Virus record (IMG/VR): IMGVR_UViG_3300045988_120007
Coordinates: 1 to 18,214 of that record
DNA length: 18,214 nt
From: a virus
Direction: 5' to 3' (one strand)
In this document: positions 6,887-12,964 of the stretch, piece after piece
How the letters are laid out: each line of letters opens with the position of its first letter
Position numbering within the stretch: the first letter of the stretch is position 1
Translations under genes and position numbers: made by a program
Notes under the pieces: model-generated
What the model was told of the DNA's origin: nothing
Databases searched by the model: none
Seen by the model: the letters and a program-made list of their open reading frames with translations, nothing else

Positions 6887-8087
6887 ATTTGTCTTTTATG
6901 TAGTCATATATTTCACGTGCCTTAGTTCCTCTTTGTGGTTGGTTCGGGTCGGCTGGTCTTTCATAGTTTGCTAAAAATTCTATAGCTAGTGTGTACGGGT
7001 CGGCTGTTGACTTTGAAAAGCTCGCAAAACTTTCGGGGTAGGCTGCTGTAGCTATCCATTGCTGATTGTTTTCCATTTCCCATTGAATTCTTTCACATTC
7101 ACCTAAACCAAACTTAGAAACATCTGGGTAATACCCTTTTTCTTTTAGCCAGTCAATTATCTTTGTCCACGGCGTCCATTGAACTAAACCATAACCACGA
7201 CTAGCAACCGGTTGTGCAAAAGGTACATCACCTTCCCATCGGTTCGGGTTGACTGTACTTTCAAAATAGGAGTTACCTAATATACCAGCAACTGCATTTG
7301 CGGTCCAACCTTTCGCTTTAAAAAACTGCCAAAATGCTAACCAATTTTGTTTGGACTCATCTTCTGTAAGTGGTCGCGTATTATTAATATCACCGGGTAT
7401 AAACCACTCACTTGTTGGTGTTGGCGGTTCGGGTTTGATCTCTTCTTTTGTTTTATAAAATCCAAAATCAATTCCTAGGCCATCTAACATAAAATAATGT
7501 TTAGTGTATTTGTAAGTGGGTTCGGGTGTTGGAGGTTGTCCACCTTCAAACGTTTTCCACTCTTGCCCATATCCATTCACAATATTTGTGTCATTCACAT
7601 AAAATACATTATTCGGTAACTCTGAACCGCTTAAAGCATAACATTGATTCCCATACCTACATGTAACACCATAATAGACGAGTCCGGCATTTTGTGTAAA
7701 CGTTTGGTCGATATGACAGTGGTCACCCGTAGCCATTCCAGCCGTTCCCGTATGATAAATTAGGTCACCTTGTTTATATTGTGTTGCGGTTGGTGGGTTC
7801 GGGTCATGCGTAAAACTTACCGTAACATAGCTTAATCCGTTTGGTGTTAATACGGGATTGTCTGAACTGTAGGCGCGCGTATTACCTTCATTATCGCTAT
7901 AACATAAATGACAAGAAAAAGGGGCATACACGGGCACGCGAACCTGTCCACTAATTGCATTATCGAATGGATGCCCACAGCAATGTGAGTCGGCTGCTGG
8001 ACTTGACCATTGCGTGATGTTCATTGTTTCCATTGGAAACAAACAAACCTCATGACCATCATGTACTAGTTTTTGGCCGGGTTTCAT
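6885..8087 (-). CDS. Tail-associated peptidoglycan hydrolase: N-terminal M23 endopeptidase plus C-terminal phage tail lysozyme domain (phi29 gp13-like, domain order reversed)
   Basis: The M23 signature GDLIYHTGTAGMATGDHCHID (HxH) is in the N-terminal half. GILGNSYFESTVNP, GYGLVQWTP and FLANYERPADPNQPQRG in the C-terminal half match the gp13 lysozyme domain as I remember it. Pro-rich linkers PPTPEPT and PEPPTPT lie between them. Confidence 0.85.
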   Translation of the reverse strand: MKPGQKLVHDGHEVCLFPMETMNITQWSSPAADSHCCGHPFDNAISGQVRVPVYAPFSCHLCYSDNEGNTRAYSSDNPVLTPNGLSYVTVSFTHDPNPPTATQYKQGDLIYHTGTAGMATGDHCHIDQTFTQNAGLVYYGVTCRYGNQCYALSGSELPNNVFYVNDTNIVNGYGQEWKTFEGGQPPTPEPTYKYTKHYFMLDGLGIDFGFYKTKEEIKPEPPTPTSEWFIPGDINNTRPLTEDESKQNWLAFWQFFKAKGWTANAVAGILGNSYFESTVNPNRWEGDVPFAQPVASRGYGLVQWTPWTKIIDWLKEKGYYPDVSKFGLGECERIQWEMENNQQWIATAAYPESFASFSKSTADPYTLAIEFLANYERPADPNQPQRGTKAREIYDYIKDK

Positions 8088-8299
8088 AAATTTAATTCCT
8101 CCTCTATTATTGTTAATTCTTGTAGTTTCTGTTTACAGATATTATAGCGCTCATAATCTACATTTTTCAGTATGTGCATAGCTTGCATATAAAACTCGAT
8201 ATAAAAATAAACGCTTAGACCTTCCGGTAAATTATATGGAATATCTTCCGGTTTTTTCATCTTATATATACTTGATAATTCACATTCTTTTTTATCCAT
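8084..8299 (-). CDS. Hypothetical protein (71 aa)
   Basis: Excellent SD GTAGGAGGT upstream of ATG 8299. Its stop overlaps the tail lysin start (ATGA). No motif recognised. Confidence 0.6.
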   Translation of the reverse strand: MDKKECELSSIYKMKKPEDIPYNLPEGLSVYFYIEFYMQAMHILKNVDYERYNICKQKLQELTIIEEELNL

Positions 8300-8328
8300 A
8301 ATTAATACCTCCTACTATATAATAAAAT

Positions 8329-8352
8329 AAAACTAGCTTATGAGCTAGTTTT
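8329..8352 (-). terminator. Intrinsic terminator hairpin enclosing the stop codon of ORF 8338..8598
   Basis: Stem aaaactagct (8329-8338) pairs with agctagtttt (8343-8352), with loop tatg. T-rich on both sides. Confidence 0.55.
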
Positions 8353-8598
8353 TTCTAAAATAATTGAAATACACATGTTAACATGTAATTGCCCAGCAAC
8401 TGGTGTGTCTGTTTTAAGTTTAGCGAAATACGGTAAATATTTAATTGCTATTGTAGTATATGTAAGTTGTGGATCATCTTTTGAGGTTGTAACTGTTACA
8501 TTATCATCTAGAATAAGATAAACATAATCTATTAATTCACCTGTACTTTTGTTTTTTAAATTCGGCGTCTGTTGTGTCCTGTGCCAATTTAATAACAA
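8338..8598 (-). CDS. Probable C-terminal part of fibre paralogue 2, in the +1 frame relative to 8537..9025 (frameshift, fusion or pseudogene fragment)
   Basis: There is no ATG; the track start is TTG 8598 without a good SD. It overlaps the upstream ORF by 62 nt across an A6 run and ends inside a terminator hairpin. Confidence 0.4.
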   Translation of the reverse strand: MLLNWHRTQQTPNLKNKSTGELIDYVYLILDDNVTVTTSKDDPQLTYTTIAIKYLPYFAKLKTDTPVAGQLHVNMCISIILEKTSS

Positions 8599-9025
8599 CC
8601 GGTTTTAAGTCTTCCCATGCCTTATTAAAAGTCTCAATTGTTAAGTTTGTCACAAGCTCAATAACTTGAGGTTTTAAGATTGACCATTTATAGTCAAATT
8701 CCTCGTCTGTCCATTCTTTTGTGGCTTGTTCCAATAATGGCACTACCGTATTCCATGCCTCAATTGTTTCATTCATTGCTGTTACTAATGTATAAACGTA
8801 TCCTTGCAAATAGTTTAAACATTGGTAAACATTCATACCCGTATTGAATGCACTTACATATTGCTGAGCTAAATTCTTACCGCTTAACTTTAAAGGCTCG
8901 AACTCCGGTAAAAAATTATTGATCTCAAATTCTTCATGGAGTTCTGAACCGGAAATACTTTCGCTTTCGCTCGTAGATGTTTCACTAGAATTTAAAATAT
9001 TTTGCTTTATTTTATCAAAATCCAT
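8537..9025 (-). CDS. Fibre/appendage protein paralogue 2 (N-terminal anchor domain plus two degenerate 23-aa repeats)
   Basis: FLPEFEPLKLSGKNLAQQYVSAFNTGMNVYQCLNYLQGYV aligns with FLPKFDEVKLSGKNLAQNYVSEFNTGMNIYQCLNYLQGHI of ORF 10140..10961. ATG 9025 is preceded by GAAGGTGA; the track start is GTG 9034. Confidence 0.7.
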   Translation of the reverse strand: MDFDKIKQNILNSSETSTSESESISGSELHEEFEINNFLPEFEPLKLSGKNLAQQYVSAFNTGMNVYQCLNYLQGYVYTLVTAMNETIEAWNTVVPLLEQATKEWTDEEFDYKWSILKPQVIELVTNLTIETFNKAWEDLKPVVIKLAQDTTDAEFKKQKYR

Positions 9026-9026
9026 A

Positions 9027-9362
9027 TTATTCACCTTCTTTGTATCCGATTAGGGCTTTTAGTTTATCCGGTAGAATATCACTGTTGATTTTAGAAATGT
9101 TTTCGATGATACTAACCACCTCTGTGATAATTGCGTATGTACAAATTACCGGAACTAAATCAACCCCAAAAGGCAAAGTTAAATAAGTTTCCGCATAATT
9201 AATAGCAATACCCAATGTGTAACAAAAGATAAAACCAACCTTTTTAAAAAGTCCGTCTCTTAATTTATTAGATTTAATCTGTTCACCTTCACGTAACGCT
9301 CCAACGATACCCGTAACTAAATCCAAACCATTAAAAACCAATGCCACTAGAATAATTTTCAT
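9027..9362 (-). CDS. Holin (phage_holin_4_1-like, about 111 aa)
   Basis: Multiple hydrophobic helices are visible (IILVALVFNGLDLVTGIVGAL, VGFIFCYTLGIAINYA, LVPVICTYAIITEVVSIIENI) with a charged C-terminus. The ITEVVSIIEN motif resembles this holin family. ATG 9362 has SD AGAGGTGA. An upstream in-frame ATG at 9380 lacks an SD. Confidence 0.75.
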   Translation of the reverse strand: MKIILVALVFNGLDLVTGIVGALREGEQIKSNKLRDGLFKKVGFIFCYTLGIAINYAETYLTLPFGVDLVPVICTYAIITEVVSIIENISKINSDILPDKLKALIGYKEGE

Positions 9363-9394
9363 ATTAATCACCTCTTTCATTTTCTATAATATAA

Positions 9395-9422
9395 AAAAAT
9401 AGTTGAATGTTCAACTATTTTT
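9395..9422 (-). terminator. Intrinsic terminator after the receptor-binding candidate (copy 2 of the 28-nt repeat)
   Basis: Stem aaaaatagttg (9395-9405) pairs with caactattttt (9412-9422). 9394-9421 is identical to 6859-6886. Confidence 0.65.
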
Positions 9423-10140
9423 AATTTCCTATTTTTCCTTGTCCTAACCATTTTCCATTTTTTCGTATTCGACTTGTCCCTTGATTTTCCTTACCTACTT
9501 TATCATAACTATATTTTGCTATGTCCTTCCATGAGTTTGATTTTCTTATTTTTAAAAATCCACTGTCTTTATTCAATGATTTTAACACACCGCTTTTACG
9601 AATGCCCCACGGCCTAAAATCCGGAATAACCTGCTGAATAGAATAAATGTTTGAATGTGGAAAAGTTACATCCTCACCTTGTAGTTCAATTTTAACATGT
9701 GTTGTATCATTAGATAATTGGATAAACTTAGACCACTGGCTCGCTCTTGCTGTGCCATCCCATCCTTGTAGATAATTTAATGGCATTTGGCCCGTATGTG
9801 TAAATATCTTTTCTCTTAATAATTGAGTCCATGAGGCTTGATTGTCTGTTGACTTTGATATGATAATAAAATAATTATACGGCGTAGAAGTATCACCAAC
9901 ATAATATCCATCTGCCTCATACTGTCCAGCGTCTGTTATAGCATAACCGACTAAATCTAAAATAAACGTTACACCATAATTTCCATTGTCTGTAAAATTA
10001 ATACCACGACCATATCCGGACGCATGGGCGGTTGCTAATGGTGCTCCAAAAGGTCCGGTGTTGTCCGGTGAGCCACCTAAAACAACATTCGCATATGGTC
10101 CGGTGTTGTCATATGCACCATAAAAATATTGCCATGCCAT
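9421..10140 (-). CDS. Putative receptor-binding / fibre-tip protein (239 aa)
   Basis: Translationally coupled to the upstream fibre gene (TAATG at 10138-10142). The N-terminus is Gly/Tyr/Asn-rich with a DNTGPY/DNTGPF duplication. The basic C-terminus has three IRK(S/N)xxW-like motifs. Function is inferred from context only. Confidence 0.45.
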   Translation of the reverse strand: MAWQYFYGAYDNTGPYANVVLGGSPDNTGPFGAPLATAHASGYGRGINFTDNGNYGVTFILDLVGYAITDAGQYEADGYYVGDTSTPYNYFIIISKSTDNQASWTQLLREKIFTHTGQMPLNYLQGWDGTARASQWSKFIQLSNDTTHVKIELQGEDVTFPHSNIYSIQQVIPDFRPWGIRKSGVLKSLNKDSGFLKIRKSNSWKDIAKYSYDKVGKENQGTSRIRKNGKWLGQGKIGN

Positions 10141-10961
10141 TATACACCACCAGCCAAATCGTTCTCGGTACTTCCGCTATTTGTACGGATATAAGAACCG
10201 CCGTCAACACTTCCACCAAAGATGTTAATATTACCGGTTGCGATGTTTCTACCGTCTGTCATATGACCATCGAAAATAGTTGCACCCGTTTGTGTCCAAG
10301 CGCCACTGTTTTTCAAGTTGGTTAACAAGATTGATAAATCATCATACATTTTACCAATTTTAGAATCTTGATTATCAATATATTGATTGATAGTATTATT
10401 CACATATTGCGTTAACTCCGGTTTTAATTCTTCCCATGACTGATTAAATTGATTAATTGTTGTCTGTTTTGTTAATTCAATCACTTGAGGCTTTAATTCT
10501 TCCCATGATTCATTGAATTGATTAATTGTTGTCTGTTTTGTTAATTCAATCACTTGAGGCTTTAACTCTTCCCATTTTTCATTAAATTGATTAATTGTTG
10601 TCTGTTTTGTTAATTCAATAACTTGAGGTTTTAACTCTGCCCAATGTTTATCAAATTCACTTTTTGACAATTCAATGCAATATTTAATCATATCCTCAAT
10701 ATTTTTATTCCATTTTTTAACAACATCGTTCACAGCTTTTACAAGCCATCCGATATGACCCTGTAAATAATTTAAGCATTGGTAAATATTCATACCCGTG
10801 TTAAACTCACTCACATAGTTTTGAGCAAGGTTTTTACCGCTTAACTTTACCTCATCAAACTTAGGCAAAAAATTATCAATATCTATTTTGATCTCTTGGT
10901 TTTGCTCAAACTGTTCTTTAATTGTTTGGCTTGCTGATTTCTTTTTAATTTTTCTTAACAT
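10140..10961 (-). CDS. Fibre/appendage protein paralogue 1 with three tandem 23-aa repeats (head-fibre or tail-appendage stalk)
   Basis: It follows the capsid gene, the position of phi29 gp8.5. The N-terminal domain is shared with 8537..9025. The unit ELKPQVIELTKQTTINQFNExWE occurs three times plus partial copies. The C-terminus is Gly-rich. Confidence 0.7.
   Translation of the reverse strand: MLRKIKKKSASQTIKEQFEQNQEIKIDIDNFLPKFDEVKLSGKNLAQNYVSEFNTGMNIYQCLNYLQGHIGWLVKAVNDVVKKWNKNIEDMIKYCIELSKSEFDKHWAELKPQVIELTKQTTINQFNEKWEELKPQVIELTKQTTINQFNESWEELKPQVIELTKQTTINQFNQSWEELKPELTQYVNNTINQYIDNQDSKIGKMYDDLSILLTNLKNSGAWTQTGATIFDGHMTDGRNIATGNINIFGGSVDGGSYIRTNSGSTENDLAGGV
10423..10629 (-). repeat. Three tandem 69-bp in-frame repeats inside the fibre gene
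   Basis: The units 10423-10491, 10492-10560 and 10561-10629 are near-identical and are flanked by degenerate partial units. Confidence 0.95.
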
Positions 10962-11012
10962 GATCTCACCACCTTCAAATACATACTAATACAAAACAAA
11001 TAAAAATAAAAG

Positions 11013-11040
11013 AAAAAGAGTTAAATTAATAACTCTTTTT
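11013..11040 (-). terminator. Intrinsic terminator after the major capsid gene
   Basis: Stem aaaaagagtt (11013-11022) pairs with aactcttttt (11031-11040). On the minus strand it is followed by a T-rich tract, within the 130-nt gap after the capsid stop. Confidence 0.65.
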
Positions 11041-11091
11041 CCTAAGTTGCAATTCACCTAAATAATAGAAAGGAGGGGTGTCATGTCCTAC

Positions 11092-12456
11092 TCATGCCGC
11101 TTGCCCATAAACATTATATACAACCTTAATGTCACAAGTTACGTTAGAAAATGTATCTTTGATTGTTACAGTTGCTAGGCCTTCACCGTCGATACCCTCT
11201 AAACCTTCAATCTTAACGTGTCTCAAATCGCTTTCGATTATAGCTCTAACTTTATCCTCATCACTAGATGTAACAGTCAATCTATACTCAGCATTTAAAC
11301 CGCTTGTTTGTACTGTAAACGGTACGGTAATCGTTTCACCGTCACAAACTCTTACAACTTGTGGATTTGAGTAAATAGCTGTAACTTCTTCCTCGACATT
11401 TCCGGAAACGAACGCAATTGCGTTTGCGAATCGGCTCGTTGCAATTCCTTCCCAATGGTGAAGGAAATAATTCCAATATAGACCTTTAGCATTATAAGCA
11501 ACACCAACGCTATACTTCTGATCAAATACACGGTAAATTTCTGAATCACATACAATAGCTTCAATTGTTCCTTGTGTTGTGCTTGGTAAAGTTGGCAATA
11601 CTAATACATGCGTTTTGAATTGCGCAAATTCTAGCTGGAATGTTTGAGCTAACCAATCAATATTTAAGTAGCTATTTGTTTTACCATTTAGAATAACGTA
11701 AATATCGTCGTATTCGTTCTGTTTGGTAACTGCCATAGCGTTATACTCGTTAGTTGGTTCAGTTAAATAAGATACGTATTCTGTAATTTTACGCGCTAAT
11801 TCTTTAGCTGTATCCGTATCTGTAACAGCGTTCGTATTTACAATTTTCATGTGTCCATTTTCATAGTGAGTAACTAAAGCGGATTTCATATAGTTATAAT
11901 CATCTTTATTGTCACCATTATACATAGAATCAACAATACGCGCGATCAAACTGTTTACACCATCCCAAGTCACAAAATATTTACGTAAATCATCGTCTGT
12001 AATTGTTGCTGGGTAGTATGACTTTCTGTTTACTACGTAAAAAGCTGTTTTAATATCCGGTAAACATCTTCTAAATAAAGTGTACTCCGCGTCCGCTTGA
12101 TTGTATTCGTGCTCTTTTGCGCACTCAACGAAATATTCTTCCATAGTATAGCCCAAAGGCATATTTTCCATTTTAAATGGTGCTAATTTGTTTGTTAAAA
12201 TATTCCTATGCGCAATTACTTTACCAATACGTGTTGCTAAATTCATAAACTCAACACCTAAAGTATCCGGATATTCTAGTAAACCGCTCATGAACTCTAA
12301 AGAACTCACTTCGTTAGGGTCACCAATCGTACTCCTAAAATTGCTAGAACTCATTGCATACATAGCACTAGCGACTTCTTGCCCTGTTGGTTCATGGTCC
12401 ATCCCTAAATCATTCTGTAACGTTTTAGTTACGTCTTTTCCTGTTGTTTTTGACAT
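11092..12456 (-). CDS. Major capsid protein, phi29 gp8-like, with C-terminal Ig-like (BIG2-type) domain
   Basis: KGLYWNYFLHHWEGIATSRFANAIAFVSGNVEE matches the [31 protein letters not shown] block of phi29 gp8 as I remember it. It is 454 aa with a C-terminal beta-rich tail of about 90 aa. SD AGAGGTGA. Confidence 0.92.
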   Translation of the reverse strand: MSKTTGKDVTKTLQNDLGMDHEPTGQEVASAMYAMSSSNFRSTIGDPNEVSSLEFMSGLLEYPDTLGVEFMNLATRIGKVIAHRNILTNKLAPFKMENMPLGYTMEEYFVECAKEHEYNQADAEYTLFRRCLPDIKTAFYVVNRKSYYPATITDDDLRKYFVTWDGVNSLIARIVDSMYNGDNKDDYNYMKSALVTHYENGHMKIVNTNAVTDTDTAKELARKITEYVSYLTEPTNEYNAMAVTKQNEYDDIYVILNGKTNSYLNIDWLAQTFQLEFAQFKTHVLVLPTLPSTTQGTIEAIVCDSEIYRVFDQKYSVGVAYNAKGLYWNYFLHHWEGIATSRFANAIAFVSGNVEEEVTAIYSNPQVVRVCDGETITVPFTVQTSGLNAEYRLTVTSSDEDKVRAIIESDLRHVKIEGLEGIDGEGLATVTIKDTFSNVTCDIKVVYNVYGQAA

Positions 12457-12473
12457 CTAAATCACCTCTTTCA

Positions 12474-12749
12474 TTAAATACCTAATTTTCTTAAATCCAT
12501 TGGCGCCTCATGTTTTGGCTTTTCTCCGCCCGATTTTTCAACACCAATCTGCATAAATAGTTTAGAATTCGCTTCTGTTAAAGAAGTATTCTTTTCAACT
12601 AATTTTGTGTTTTCGGCTTTCAAATTGTCTAATTCTGTATAAGTTTTTTCGACTTCCGCGCGCATATCATTCAGCATAGTTGAACGTTCCGCTTGATCTT
12701 CAACCGTTAACACTTCCGTAAACTTGTTTCTAAGTTCATCACGTTCCAT
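12474..12749 (-). CDS. Scaffolding protein (phi29 gp7 analogue)
   Basis: 91 aa, acidic and predicted helical/coiled-coil (EVEKTYTELDNLKAENTKLVEKNTSLTEANSKL). It lies immediately upstream of the capsid gene and is the first gene after the late promoter. Confidence 0.7.
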   Translation of the reverse strand: MERDELRNKFTEVLTVEDQAERSTMLNDMRAEVEKTYTELDNLKAENTKLVEKNTSLTEANSKLFMQIGVEKSGGEKPKHEAPMDLRKLGI

Positions 12750-12773
12750 TTTTACACATCCCTTCTATTTATT

Positions 12774-12802
12774 AATATATGCTAATAATATTTTAAAGTC
12801 AA
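12774..12802 (-). promoter_or_regulatory. Late (morphogenesis) promoter
   Basis: On the minus strand TTGACT (12802-12797), 17-nt spacer, TATATT (12779-12774). It sits directly after the RNA-gene terminator and about 25 nt upstream of the scaffold ATG. Confidence 0.6.
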
Positions 12803-12958
12803 TAAAAAATAAAACCCTCTTTTATGAGGGTTTCATAAATATAGATTGTAAAGTTTAAAGTGTTACCAGCTAGATTACTATTCCTAATTATGTTGTTAGC
12901 ACGTTTCACCGCGAGTAAACCTAACATACATGTCTGATTTCCGTTCTTTATTCCTTAC
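12803..12958 (-). ncRNA. Candidate ~155-nt structured non-coding RNA (prohead/packaging RNA analogue)
   Basis: It has its own promoter (12965-12993) and its own terminator (stem 12812-12819/12826-12833 plus U-run), with no ORF. A hand fold gives a paired 5'/3' helix, a long hairpin and a short hairpin meeting at a three-way junction, followed by a 3' terminator domain. Confidence 0.45.
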
Positions 12959-12964
12959 GGTCAT

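Noticed and set aside
10032-10325. 97-aa plus-strand ORF spanning the junction of the fibre and receptor-binding genes
   Set aside because: It is antisense to two translationally coupled CDSs, and I saw no SD.
10423-10629. Regularly spaced 69-bp direct repeats considered as a possible CRISPR-like array
   Set aside because: The repeats are directly adjacent with no spacers, are in frame within a long CDS, and encode a conserved 23-aa unit. This is a coding tandem repeat, not a CRISPR array.
11083-11178. 31-codon plus-strand ORF (MSYSCRLPINIIYNLNVTSYVRKCIFDCYSC) preceded by a near-perfect SD AAAGGAGGGG, antisense to the 3' end of the capsid gene
   Set aside because: The SD and spacing are striking, but I found no plus-strand promoter nearby, and the whole region is transcribed on the other strand. 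It is most likely a coincidence. It would merit attention only if antisense transcription is detected.
11129-11564. ORFs 11129..11374 (+) and 11352..11564 (-) inside the capsid gene
   Set aside because: Both are embedded in the major capsid CDS, whose identity is supported by conserved phi29 gp8-like blocks. They are shadow ORFs.
12188-12460. 90-aa plus-strand ORF antisense to the capsid gene 5' end
   Set aside because: Antisense shadow ORF without translation signals.
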